A stretch of DNA of 64,000 nt, taken from the NCBI RefSeq assembly GCF_009914755.1, contig NC_060934.1. One strand, written 5' to 3'. Below the pieces are notes generated by a model. The model made no database searches, had not been told where the DNA came from, and was given only the letters and a program-made list of their open reading frames with translations. Below are positions 30,906 through 44,059 of this stretch, one piece after another (position 1 is the stretch's first letter; each line of letters opens with the position of its first letter). This DNA comes from the human T2T-CHM13v2.0 reference genome, Homo sapiens. The translations under genes and the position numbers were made by a program.

Positions 30906-31197
30906 GGCTAGGCATGGTGTCTCCACCTGTAATCTCAGCACTTTGGGAGGCTGAGGCAGGCGGATCACCTGAGGTCAGGAATTTGAGACCAGCCTGGCCA
31001 CATGACAAAACCTCTTCTCTACTAAAAATACAAAAATTAGCCAGGAGTGATGGTGCATGCCTGTAATCCCAGCTACTCAGTAGGCTGAGGCAGGAGAATC
31101 GCTTGAACCCAGGAGGCGGAGGTTGCGGTGAACCAAGATTGCGCCACTGCACTTCAGTCACTTCACAACAGAGTGAGACTGTCTCCAAAAAGAAAAA
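30906..31197 (+). mobile_element. AluS
   Basis: Dimeric Alu; 16-bp TSD aaaaagYgtgagggct (30890-30905 / 31198-31213). Confidence 0.95.
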
Positions 31198-31286
31198 AAA
31201 AAGTGTGAGGGCTAAGCATTGTTGAATTGTTGAATTTAAAAAATAGATGAGGTTTACGGTAGAAAAATCAAGTTAAACATGGATTT

Positions 31287-31535
31287 TTGAGAGCTTGTTT
31301 GGAGGTTCTAGCAGAATAATGCAGCTACTCGTATTCCTTTGACGGAAAACCGGTCCTCTTCTATCGGGGATGATCGATTTCTTTCACTGAGTCCACAGCT
31401 TCGGGAGGGACACACATGGCACGGTGACAGAGGAAGGGGTCACTCGCCTAGCCAGCTGGATCAGCCCAATCAACCCAGCCAGATCAGCCGAATCAATGGG
31501 GTAACAGATGTCGCAGCCAGATCATCTTCCCATCC
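31287..31535 (-). pseudogene. RN7SKP: 7SK snRNA retropseudogene, 3'-truncated at about nt 240, no poly-A tail
   Basis: Reverse complement reads GGATG...GATCTGGCTGCGACATCTGT...CCCCGATAGA...CTGCTAGAACCTCCAAACAAGCTCTCAA; 17-bp TSD taaacatggaYttttga (31274-31290 / 31536-31552). Confidence 0.95.
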
Positions 31536-32300
31536 TAAACATGGACTTTTGAATCACACACAGTGACAACCGGTCATTTCCCTTGCTATACTTCAAGTGT
31601 GTGTCTGCTGAAGAGTGGACCAAATTGGTGATGTTTGTGTCGGTGGTTCCCCTTCACACAGAATGGGCTTACAGGAAGAGGATAACTGTTCTGGAGGCCC
31701 TGCCACAACCAGGTAGGGATTCACCAGAATGAGAGAGCCAGTTCTTCCAAGGCAGAGAGGAATGCTGTTACTAGAAAATAGAAGGAAGGGTAAAAAACAG
31801 ATAACAATGTAGGTCCACTGCAATTGTATATCAGATTACATTGTTATTTGTTTGTTTTCTCTGAAACTAAAATTGAAGCAGAGGTACAAGAAATAAGGCT
31901 GTTTATTTTAAAGCCATTTTTAGCATGTAGTATAAAGGAATGTATATATTAACCACTTAATACACACCAGAAACAAAGGGAAGAAGAATTTGAGTAGTCA
32001 GGCATTTTCCTGCCTGAAATAATTGTGTTGATATGAGTCAAAGAGGGATCTTGTTCCAAATGTACATTACATTAGATACAAAAGTAATTATAAAACAGTA
32101 TGGTTTTGTAAGTTAAGTCACAGAGTTTTCAGGTGAGAAGAAACTGAGTCATTGTTTTGGTTGCTGTCCCTATCAGTTGCACTGCTCACTTGTATCAAAG
32201 CTATTTTTATTGAAGTAAGTAGAATCAGACGTTTCATTTTCACTAAAAAATGCAATGAGAAGTTGCAAATTGTTATGTGTCATAAGGGTAAGCATTTTCT

Positions 32301-34320
32301 TTTTAAGTTTTTTTAATTTTTAATTTTTGTGGGTACATAGTCGGTGTATCGGTGTGTTTGTGTGTGTGTGTGTATATATATATGGTAAATATATCAAACA
32401 TGAGATGTTGTAACACAGGCATGCAATGTGAAATAAGCACATCAGAGAGAATGAGGTATCCATCCCCTGGAGCATTTATCCTTCGATAAACCATTCAATT
32501 ACAAACCATTCAATTGAACCTTACAAACCATTCAATTACATTATTAAAGTTATTTTAAAATGTACAATTAAGTTATTATTGCCTATAGTCACCCTGTTGT
32601 CCTATTACATACTAGGTCTTATTTGTTCTTTCTAACTACTTTTTGTACCCATTAACCATTCCCATATTTACCCCACTTGGCCCCCTACTACCCTTCTTGG
32701 CTTCTGGTAACCATCTTTCTACTCTCTATGTTCATAAGTTTAATTGTTTTGATTTTTAGATACCACAAATAAGTGAGAATATGCAATGTTTGTCTTTCTG
32801 TTCTTGGCTTATTTCACTTAACATAATGGTCTCCAGTTCCATCCATGTTGTTACAAATGACTGGATTTCATTTATTTTGGCTGAATAGTACTGAATAATG
32901 TATGTACCACTTTTGTTGTTCCATTCATCTGTTGATGGGCACTTACGTTGCTTCCACATCTTAACTATTATGAACAGTACTGCAACAAACACAGAGCTGC
33001 AGATATATCTTCAGTGTATGGATTTCCTTTCTTTTGGGCATATACCCAGCAGTGAGATTGATGAATGATATGGTAGCTCAATTTTTAGTTTTTTGAGGAA
33101 CTCCAAACTGTTCTCCACAGTGGTTGTACTAATTTACATTCCCAGGAACAGTTTATGAGGGTTTTCTTTTCTCTACATCTTCACCAGCATTTGTTATTGC
33201 CTGTCTTTTGGATATAGGCCATTTTAACTGGGGTGAGATAATATCTCGTAGTTTTGATTTGCATTTCTCTGATGATCAGTGATGTAGAGCCCCTTTTCAT
33301 ATGCTTGTTTGCTATTTCTATGTCTTCTTTTGATAAATGTCTATTCAAATCTTTAGCCCATTTTTTGATTGGATTATTAAATTTTTTTTTCTGTAGATTG
33401 TTTGAGCTCCTTGTATATTCTGGGTATTAATCCCTTGTCAGATGCGTAGTTTTCAAATCTTTTCTCCCATTCTGTGAGCTGTGTCTTCACTTTGTTGATT
33501 GTATCCTTTGCTGTGCAGAAGCTTTTTAACTTGATTGATCCTATCTGCTCATTTTTGCTTTGGTTGCCTGTGCTTGTGAGGTATTATACTACTGAAGAAA
33601 TTTTGCCCAGACCAATGTCCTGGAGATTTTCCCCAATATTTTCTGGTGGTAGTTTCATAGTTTGAGATCTTAGATTTAATTCTTTAATTACTTTTGATTT
33701 GATTTTTGAGGCAAGAGATAGGGGTCTAGTTGTATTGTTCTGCATATGGATATCAAGTTTTCTCAGCACCAGTTATTGATGAGACTGTCTTTTCCCCAGT
33801 GTATGTTCTTGGCACTTTTCTCAAAAATGAGTTCACTGTAGGTGTGTGGATTCATTTCTGGGTTCTCTATTCTGTTCTGTTGGTCTATGTGTCTGTTTTT
33901 ATGCTAGTACCATGCTGTTTTGGTTACTATAGCTCTGTAGTATAATTTGAAGTCAGGTAATGTGATTCCTCCAGTTTTGTTCCTTTTGCTTAGGATACCT
34001 TTGGCTATTCTGGGCCTTTTGTGATTTCATATAAATTTTATGATCATTTATTCTGTGAAGAATGTCATTAGTATTTTCATAGGGATTGCATTGAATCTGT
34101 AGATTGCTTTTGGGTAGCATGGACATTTTAGTAATATTACTTCTTCCAATCCATGAACATGGAATATGATTTTTTTTGGTGTTCTCTTCCATTTCTTTCA
34201 TCAGTGTTTAATTGTTTTCATTAGAGAGAGCTTTCATTTCTTTGGTTAACTTAATTCCTAGGAATTTAATTTTATGTGTGGCTATTGTAAATGGGATTAC
34301 TTTTGAATTTGTTTTCAGAA
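32301..34320 (-). mobile_element. 5'-truncated L1MA (L1MA1/2-like)
   Basis: L1MA 3' UTR and degraded ORF2 C-terminal peptides (ORFs 32756, 33584, 33953); 12-bp TSD taagcattttct (32289-32300 / 34321-34332). Confidence 0.9.
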
Positions 34321-35739
34321 TAAGCATTTTCTCTTGGCAATGTTTCCCAAGCCCAGCGGTTTGCCCAATAGTAACAATTTATAAACTTAGTTGATGATCA
34401 CACCACCAAGTGAATCCTAACTCCATTTTACTATTTTATTCTGCTCTATTTACTCTCGCTGTGATTCTTTTTTCTTTCTTTATGTTCTCTTCCCATTACA
34501 TACACTAAAATCCATTCAAAACGTTATTATTCACTCTTCTCACAGTTCCTGTTTACTCTAAATAATTTATCACAATACTTACTTTTCCCCATTCTTTTTT
34601 TTTCCTTTTTCTCCTCATCCTTCTTTTCCCCAGTTACTTCTTTACTTCTTGAGGATATGAATGTAGAACAGAGAAGTGTGCTTAACAAAAAGGCTTAGTG
34701 AAAATAAAAAATAAGAGAGGTAGAAAATAAAATAAAAGTAAGAAATGAAAGCCTTAGAGACAGTGTGTTGCTTTTGGTCTAAAAATAGAGAAAAGTGCAC
34801 TTAAAAATTGAGGCAAACTAAATGAAAAGGGTCATGGTTGCCAGCTATGTGTAAAGCTTTAAAGCTATCCTTTTAGATTTGAGGACTCCTTTCTGAAAGC
34901 AAGAAGTGTGGAGGGGAATTCCTCAAGTGGTTTAAAGGGCTTCAAGTCATCCTGCTTCCTCTCCACACTTTGGAGAACACCTTTGATTAAAAGGTTTCCA
35001 AGGAGGAATGTGGAAGAAACAGAGAAAGAGAAAACTGGCATTGACACTAGAATAGAACTTGATAGTGAGGTAAATGAAAAGATGACAAGCACTGAGAATA
35101 ATATTATTGCTTAGATGTTACCTGGGCCTCTGTGTGAACCAAATTGTCACTTAAAGGCATAAAAGAGGTCATGGTTTTGAAGAGTCTGTGGCTAAAGGTA
35201 AGATTTAGGTAGTTGTGCTTAAGTATCCAGTAATTCAGTTATTCAGTAATATTATGAGATTCTTTTTTTAAATGATAATATAAAAAAATCACCAGCTAAA
35301 TTTAGACTTGTTCACTGAAAATAATGGTTTTGAAACATGGTCATCAGAAACTCAAGGGGTTTGGCAATTCTGACCCATCTGAAGACCTTTGCAGGAGAAA
35401 GTAAAATTTAGTGAACTTGAGTTTTCTTTTCTGTTTATGAGTCACACTAGTCTTGCATAAGCTGTGGATCCTAGGTGCAATCTCACGACTGTGAAAGAGG
35501 GAGAATACAGAGTCTGCTTACTTTAGGAGACAATGAACAGAAGCAAATGTACTCATCTATGAAATGGAATTTTGATAAATAGTAAAGCTGTTTAATGTCA
35601 GGGATTCTTAAATATCTAACACATGCACTCATATTAGGTGGGTTTTTTTCACAATCCATTTTCTTATTGATTATGTTTATTACATTATTGTCAGGAAATA
35701 TGGACCATATGACCACCAACTTTGAATGTATTGATACTT

Positions 35740-35972
35740 TCTCTTTTTTTCTTTCTTTTTTTTAACTTTTAGGTTAAAAGGGTACATGTGCAGATTTGTT
35801 ATACAGATAAATTGCATGTCTTGAGGGTTTGGTGTAAAGATTGTTTCATAAGCCAAGTAATTAGCATAGCACCCAATAGGTAGTTTTTTGATCCTTACCC
35901 TTCTCCCTCCCTCCATGCTCAATAGGCTCCGGTGTCTGTTATTCCCTTCTTTGTGTCCATATGTACTCAGCG
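35740..35972 (-). mobile_element. L1PA13-16-like 3' UTR fragment
   Basis: 'gggtacatgtgcagatttgttatac...agcatagcacccaataggtagttttttgatcc'. Confidence 0.8.
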
Positions 35973-36244
35973 TTCATAAAACGTCAAAATAGATGATGCA
36001 TTTCTCAGAATGTGTCCCCACATGACTCAGACCCATGACTGTATGTACATATATGTAACTACTTCCCTGATCAGTTGTAGGATATTTCCAGTACTCATAA
36101 GGGCTCCTATATAGCCCTTTCTATTAATATTAAGAGTGCTTTATTATGCACCAATAGACAGTGAATACATGTCTTTCTCTCCGCGTTTATTTAACCTAAG
36201 AACGAGCACGGTTTTCTTCTTTAGTATTTCAAAGCATAATATAT

Positions 36245-36845
36245 TAATCAACATAGGGTAAATCCATGCTATGTTAATAAATAACCCAAAAATCTTAGCA
36301 GAGTAATCTGGAAACATTTATTCCTTCTCATGCTACATGTTCTGTTCATCTTGGCCACTCAGAAAATAGGCTTATGGAGAATTTATTTTGACACGAGCTT
36401 CCATGTTTTAGGACTTCATTAGGGACTACCTCACTCACAGTACCAACTTCTGGGTTAGTCAGATTAGGCAGGTTTAAGCTAAAAACATGATATAATTTTA
36501 AAAATCATCCAAAGGTTAATGGCTCAACATAATGAAAGTATTGTTGTTCACATTGCATATCCATCTCAAGTCAGCAGGTGTGTCCTGATTATTGTAACTA
36601 TTTAGGGACTCGGGATGGTGGAGGATCCACCCTGATACTTTTTTCTATAATTACCAAAGCAAGGAAAGAAGATGTAGTAAGTCACAAACCAACTCAAAGT
36701 TCCTGCCAGAAAGTGACACTTATTACTTCTGTTCATTAAGTAAAGCAAGTCACAGGGCCACATCTAAGAGGACAGGGAAGGGCAATCCTCACACCTGGTT
36801 GCGGAGTAGTTATATTTGTGAACAACTCCATTGCTTATCACATGT
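36245..36845 (-). mobile_element. Old MaLR LTR fragments (MLT1J/K/L-like, two pieces)
   Basis: 'ataaataacccaaaaatcttag...catttattccttctcatgctacatg'; 'gaaagtgacacttattacttctgttcatt...aagcaagtcacagggcc'. Confidence 0.55.
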
Positions 36846-37025
36846 TGCAAAGGCCATTTCCTGAAACTTAATGAATGTTTATGAATAGCACAAGTGCAGA
36901 ACTGAGAGTGACTGTTAATATATTAAGTAGTTACTTTTAGCAGTCACGGACCCCAAGCCCAAACTTAGGAGCCTTAACTTTGAAAAGGATCTCATGTGTT
37001 AGAAGATTATTTCTACTTCTAATGA

Positions 37026-37338
<313 letters not shown>

Positions 37339-38267
37339 CTTCTACACCTTTCCACACCCCTCCACCCCTCAGAATCAGGGGGCAGCATCTTTTGTTTTCC
37401 AGAATTTAAAGCTTCTCTTCCTTTTTTCCCCCCCAGAATAACAATAGTTCATTTTTATCCCAACCTTATTAACACTGCCATTACCCATTTCTTTTAAGAT
37501 AAATATAATATCCCCCTGCACCTGCTCCATATGTCATCTGATCTTCATGACCAAGGCACATACAATATTCAACAGACTAGATCCTAGTAGGTTGCCCATC
37601 TGAATGAGAGAGCACAGATTTCCTCTCCTTTTACTGTCTTCTGCATCCTATTCTTTTCCTGAATCAAGTTTTGGATAAGAATAAGAAATATGGTTTAGGG
37701 TAAAATTTGCCTCAAATGTGTAGCTTCCCCTACCCACTGGAGTTCCCAAGGGGTCAAGAAACCTGCTATCTCTCTAACACAAGGCCCCTCCCCCAGAAAA
37801 ACTTTTCAGGGAAGATGTGTCTCAAAGAACTTCAACCTTTGAATGCTTGCCCTAGGCTGCTTCACTCATCAGACTGCGGCTCCTAACTAATGCAGTGGTA
37901 AACCAAGTTCTGTTCTTGCCTTTAGCTTGTGGCAGGGGTGTTATTGTATGTACTCTTCAGGCTATTCCAGGGTGCTCATTCTAGCTGTTTTGCTTTGGGG
38001 ATAATGCAAAATGGGACTTAGGTAGGATAAGACATCAGCTGCACATGTTCAGGTGTTATCTACTCAAAATACCCACTCACAAAACCTTTGCTTTCCTCAT
38101 CTGAAGGTTAAGGCATGGAATTTCTTTTGATGGAAGAACACATTTTTGTGTATTCCTTGGCTTCATTTATAGCTTATATATTATTTTTTACTTGTGGCTA
38201 TGTCATGTCTTTCTTTCAAATTCTTTCCCTTTGGGGATAATACAAAAGTCATTATTGTAAGTGAGGT

Positions 38268-38445
38268 TCTCTTAGTGCTTACTGTATGCCAGATTCTGTG
38301 TTAAGTACTTTTTGCATATTATTTCATTTACTTCTCCTTACAGCTCCAAGCTTATTGTTTCTATTTTACAGATTCCGATTCCAAGATTACCAACAAATGA
38401 GAAGAGTCTGGTTTTCAATCCAGGTCTTTCTGACTCAGTTCATAT
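38268..38445 (-). mobile_element. MIR
   Basis: 'gtgcttactgtatgccagattctgtgttaagtacttt...ctattttacagat'. Confidence 0.7.
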
Positions 38446-39022
38446 GTCTGTCATGTATATAGTTTTGTGATTTTTCTTCCTGTATTCAACTGTGGCTCTT
38501 AACTTGCTATCTTTTTTGCTGAACAATTACATTGAATCATGCTTAGTAGAGTGATCCCTATGAGCCCAGCCTTCCTCCCACCCAGGAAAATAAAAGAGAA
38601 AAAAGAAAACAAACAAAAACCAAAAACAGCAAACCAACAAACATTCAATAACCCAATGCTAAATAGCAATTTACACTGTAGTTTTTATCTGTCAGCCATT
38701 CTATTGAGGTTGTGACTGTTAGTTACATGGAAGAATGAATCAATTGCCCCTTTTGCTGGTCTCAGTTCCCAGGCTGAGCATGTCTTTCTGCTGAATGTGA
38801 TTCAGGGAGATCCTTAACCAAAGTCATTGACTTCATCTGAGACTCAACTAAAGGAACTTACCAACAGAGAAAAACACAAAGAGGAAAACTGTTCTTAAGG
38901 AGTGATGTATATCAGTTTCCAGTATGATATCTTTCTTAGAGAACTTTAAGGGTAATTTTGATCTTTTGCTGCCATCAGAGCCTCATCTTCATGCAAGCTG
39001 TGACACTTTTACCATGACACAT

Positions 39023-39365
39023 TGATATGGTTTGGCTGTGTCTCATGCAAATCTCATCTTGAATTCCCACGTGTTGTGGGAGGGACCCAGTTGGAGGTAA
39101 TTGAATCATGGGGGGCAGGTCTTTCCTGTGCTGTTCTTGTGATAGTGAATAAGTCTCATGAGAGCTGACGATTATATAAAGGGAATTTCCCTGCACAAGC
39201 TCTCTTCTCTTGTCTGCTGCCATGTGAGACATACCTTTCACCTTCCACCATGATTGTGAGGCCTCCCCAGCCATGTGGAACTGTAAGTCCAATAAACCTC
39301 TTTCTTTTGTAAATTGCCCACTCTCAGATATGTCTTTATCAGCAGCTTGAAAACAGACTAATACA
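39023..39365 (+). mobile_element. THE1 solo LTR (THE1B-like, MaLR)
   Basis: TGATATGGTTTGGCTGTG...AACAGACTAATACA; 5-bp TSD with one mismatch (cacat/catat); AATAAA at 39291. Confidence 0.92.
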
Positions 39366-40214
39366 CATATTATGTAACATCAGACAGAGAAAGGACCTTA
39401 AAAGTCGTTTAAAACAACCCCCTCAGAGTATGTGGAAACTCAGCCATAAACAAGTCAAACAGTATATATCCAACAAAACTAGATTGAGATACCCCACCCC
39501 ATCCTGCAAGTGGTGGACAGGCTCAGGGCTTGGACTCAATGACCAAGTTGCAGACCCAGTTCTATGGTTCCTATTTGTGTGCCTATGGGAAACAGATTTT
39601 TCTCTCTTCCATTCACAGATGTTGAATAAAATACCCCCTCCTCTTTTTTTTTTTGCTGTTAAGATTAGGCAAAATAATGCATGTACACCTGATTTTTAAG
39701 CCATTATGTATTATATAGATGCAAAAAATTATGATAATTTTACCTACACCAGGCTGCCTCTTTTTACCTTTGCCCTGCCTTTTACATTTTCTTTGCCTTT
39801 AAATTCTTCATCTCTCCATCTGGACTGAACCAGTAGTTTTGCAGATCTTTCTCCACACTTTACCACACTCAGAAAGTATAATAAGAATAAGTTGAGGGAG
39901 TCTGAAAAGGATTAGACCATGTAGTCAAGAGCTACGTGAGCCTCTGTGGGAGAGAGAACTCTCAATTTTTATTCCTCACCACATTCTTCTTCTTCTTTCC
40001 AATAAACTAATAATTTTTATAACAGTGGAGTTCAGGGCTTGCAACAAGGGTTCAGAACAACAGGGTTAATCAGTTATTTGTGTGTATGTGGGCGCATCCC
40101 GTGTCACATGTGGGAGTGATAATTGAGTATCTCCCAATTCAGAGATTATTTTGCTCTCTAGGTGTGTTGGTTGTGACACCTACACAAAATGAGTAAGATT
40201 AGTAGTATCCCATA

Positions 40215-40410
40215 CAGATTGGAATTACAGACTTTTGACTCAGAACATCCTGGTTGGAGTGAAGGCTCCGAGAATTATCAGTTTTGTGATCATTGGAAAA
40301 TTATTTATTCTCTCCCAGGCAAGGTTTCCTCATTTTGATAATGGACATACTATTGTAACTAACCTTGTTGGGTTGCTGTGAGAATGATGTAATTATGGAT
40401 GCACGTATAG
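40215..40410 (+). mobile_element. MIR
   Basis: 'cagacttttgactcagaacatcctgg...ggtttcctcattttgataatgg...gggttgctgtgagaat'. Confidence 0.7.
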
Positions 40411-40418
40411 AGATATCA

Positions 40419-40998
40419 TGGTGGTATTAAAACACATCTACAAATTCTCTAACACAGTTCCCATGAAGACATGGAGTGGACATCCCTTCCCTTCACAATT
40501 TGCCCTGACCTTTTGACTGCCTGGGTGAACAGAATGTGTCAAAGTGACACTGCATGGCTTTTGAGTCTAGGATCTAAAAGCCCACCCAGCTTATGCTTAT
40601 TTCTCGTGGAAACACACTTTGAGAATCTTCAGCTGGCAAGTAAGCAATACAGTAACTCAAATTACCTTTTATAGAGATGGAGTGGGGGGAGAGAGAGAGA
40701 GGGAGAGGGAGAGAGAGAGAGAAAGAAAGAGAGAGAGAGAGAGAGATGTCTGAGTTCCAGTTGGTCCAGCTGCCAGCCTCCAAATTTTGAGTCTTCTTTT
40801 CCAGGTACCATTTGAGTAAAGAAACCCTGAAGAAGATTCCAGCCCTAGCCATTGTCTGCCTGCAACTGTGTAAGAGATCCCAAGCATGAACTACCTAACT
40901 GAGCCCTGTCAACCCTCAGAATCTTGAGAAATAATAATAATAAATTATTATTATTTTATCCACCATTTTTGTTCGTAGAGGACCAGACAATCAGAACA
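40419..40998 (+). mobile_element. MLT1 (F/G-like) LTR with an internal (GA)n tract at ~40688-40746
   Basis: 'gaacagaatgtgtcaaagtgacactgcatggcttttgagtctagg' ... 'ctgagccctgtcaaccctcagaatc...cagaaca'. Confidence 0.75.
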
Positions 40999-40999
40999 G

Positions 41000-41725
41000 A
41001 GCTTAACACCTAAGGTATTATTTTAAGTATTTCATATATTTAACTCATTTGCTCCTCACAACTCTGTTACTTTTTCCATTGCACAGTTTGGATAGTTGAT
41101 GTACAGAGAAGTTAAATGTATCACCTGGCCTTTTCTCCATGCAACAAATAACTCCCAGATCTAGCAATGTAAAATAATAATTCTGTTAATCTGGGCCTGG
41201 TTTGGCTGATCTTGGTTGGTGCCACTTATGTGTCTGCAATTAGCAATTGGCTTACTGGGGCCTCGGGAGTCTGCAACGGCCTCATTCACATTCCTGGTCA
41301 TTGACTCCTCATCTGGGAGGGGGTGAGTGGGCCATGTGATCTTTAATTCCCTTGCAGATTAATCTGGCCTTGTCCTCATGGTGGTGGCAGCATTCCAGGA
41401 GAACAAGTGAAGCATTTCAGGGCTCCTGAGGCCTAACCTTGGGGGTGGATCACTTTTGGTTCTGCCATAGTTTGTTCATCACACCAGGTCAAAAAGCCAG
41501 CCCAGATTCATGGCATGAGGAAATAAAATCTGTCTCTCAATAGCAAATCACATTGCAAAAGGCAGGGTTATAATGAAGGAGATTCTTGGGGCCATTTTGC
41601 AACAATAGGCCACGTTAGGTAACTTGCCCATTGTCACGCAGGTCACAGACAGCAGAGCCAGGATCTGAACCCAGGTACCAGGGCTCCAGAAGGCATACTC
41701 TTAACCACCTCACTACATTGCCTCT
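41000..41725 (-). mobile_element. MIR interrupted by an MLT1 (H-like) LTR at ~41117-41613
   Basis: MIR '...gtacagagaagttaa' resumes at 'gttaggtaacttgccc...gagccaggatctgaacccagg'; the insert has MLT1 text 'gccagcccagattcatgg'. Confidence 0.7.
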
Positions 41726-41960
41726 GAGTACATGAGAGCTATTGTTAGGTCTTGGTGAAATCCACCTCAAAACATAAGCTGGCTCCTATATCAAATGAGA
41801 GACCCAAGGTTTTCATAATATGTCACAGCAGATAGCTTGAATCTCTGCTTAACCACTTACCAGATGTTATTCTTGGGTAAATTACTCAAACTCTTTGAAT
41901 CTCATTTTCCTCACATGAAAAATGATAGTTTTGGTAAGAATTATACTAGACAATAAGGTA

Positions 41961-42572
41961 CAGTCATTTCTGCTAGAACACAGCATATGCCTTCCTAAAA
42001 ATCACCATGCTATGCAAAATCACACAAGAAACCACAGGCTCATGAGAAAAGTGGGATTAGAGGCACAACACTAAAACATCAGTGACACATGCAAAGAGAT
42101 GATAGGACTTTAATGAAATGGTGGTGCTGTTTTATGTGTGTTAAATGGTTAGGAAATACATACATAGTACAATAAATACGGCCCTTTACTTTAAAAAAGA
42201 TCCAAAGTTTGCTTGTGCAACTGGGTGTCAATAGGGTTCAGCTTGTGAGTTATTGTGGCATGATAGATGGAGCACTATCCGAAATTGGCCAAAAAGTTTT
42301 AACACTGGGTGTGGACAATGTGACTCATCACATATGTGGTGAACTGAGGCAGCTGGTAGATGTTCAAAGTATGTTCCTGCATATATTTTGTGTATTCCTA
42401 AGCAGTTTGCTTCATCTGAGTGCCATTTTCTGTATTCGATTGGTGTTTCTTGAGGAAAAAAGTTGTGCATAAGCAAACAAAATTCACATTATGTTCAAGT
42501 TGTTCCCTAATATATCATTTCATTCTGGAACAAGTTTCTGTTTTCAAAACAAGTATTATAACAAAATTGCCC
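41961..42572. mobile_element. TcMar-Tigger element (Tigger9-like) inserted in a MIR
   Basis: ta|cagtcatttctgctagaacac...ttcctaaaaatcacc; degenerate inverted end 'gtattataacaaaattgcc'; MIR sequence on both sides. Confidence 0.6.
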
Positions 42573-44059
42573 ATGAGTGGTTAGCATGCATATAGCTCTT
42601 ATTTCCACTCAATAAATATTAGCTCATTACTCTTAATAATGAGGCCTCATTGACTGTAAAAGAAACACATGTTGTATTCAATGGTATTAATGTAGGTGAA
42701 GAGAGGATGCATGGGTGTCTGGCAAGGAATATGCAAAAAGTAAGGCCAGTGAGCAAGAATTGTCAGTGTGTTTCCAGCACCGGCCGGCGAATCCAAGTAT
42801 CCTGCTTTCTTGGCAAGTAAATCTCAATTTGAAAATGGATGTGTCAGGCCTAATGGCACTGGTGATTAAGGTCATCCAGCTTCCTCCTCCTGCTCCCAGT
42901 CTGGGCTCACTCGGCAAACTCCTGATTATGACCTACCCTCTCATGTCATTGCAAGGCTGTGTTCTCCTGCTGACATAAACATTCTGGACCACTTGGCAAT
43001 TACATTTCTTAGAGTGAATTGCAAAATTGGCACTCTGCTTTGTACATTGGTCTCTTGTAAATTCCCAGGGATTAATCAACTACAAGTACACTGACACTTT
43101 CTATTTTCTGGATCTGCAAAGCTAGGGAGCAGATGCTGGAATGCCATGACCTGCAAAATGACTGTGCCCTACCACGCCTGCCAGCTGCCTCCCCAGATGA
43201 CACATTCACCCGCTCTCGAACTGCAAGTGCTGGCACATAACTGCCTCAGATCTGGACAAATGTACGTGTGGGATGTAAGACAGGTTTTTTCTAAGGTCCC
43301 TTCTCTTACAGAATTAGAATCAATTTCTTCCTTCACTAGTAATTTATTTCAATAGCTAGGGTCTGAACTTCAAGCATAGCATCTCTACTTATAACAACTT
43401 AGATTTTGGGTAGCTGACTTGACTTTGAATGAATTTGCACCTGCAAATACTGATTTTTCTCTTTCTTTGGTAGGTAAATTACCTTAAAAGTAAAAGACTA
43501 TGACATTCAGAGGTCTACTCTATTCCCTATTCATCTTGAACCAAGCTTGAACTAACAAAAGCACATATGATTAATGTCATCAAAGAAAGAACTAAAATAT
43601 AAATAGACCCTTTTATTTTGCTTCATTGCAATAGTGTCAGACATCTAACTCCATGACTAGTTCTGAAATGCACCACTTTTGAAGATGCTAGGTTTGCAAT
43701 CTTTTTTCTTACCAATTGAGTGAATTTGTAGGTTTTACCTATGGATGAATGTATAGTAGTATAAATAAACTGGATATTTGCAAATGTTTATTGTAGTCTG
43801 AAGGCAAAAATAATTATCCATTTCGGCAAGTTGGAACCGTAACCATCACCTGAAATGTTCAAAACCTGTAAAGATCAGTATTATCAATATCTGTCATCTC
43901 ATAAGAATGCCTTAGTGTTTAAGCTAATTCAATTATAGTTTGCATATTTCTAGAATGAAACACCATCTTTTATGATATAATGTGCTAAGGATATAATAAT
44001 TGTATGATCTTTGGCCTCCAAGAGTATGAATCTGACTGAAGCAATATTCAAATAAATTA

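Noticed and set aside
32488-32540. Three copies of aaaccattcaatt
   Set aside because: Local slippage inside the L1MA 3' UTR, with no sign of function
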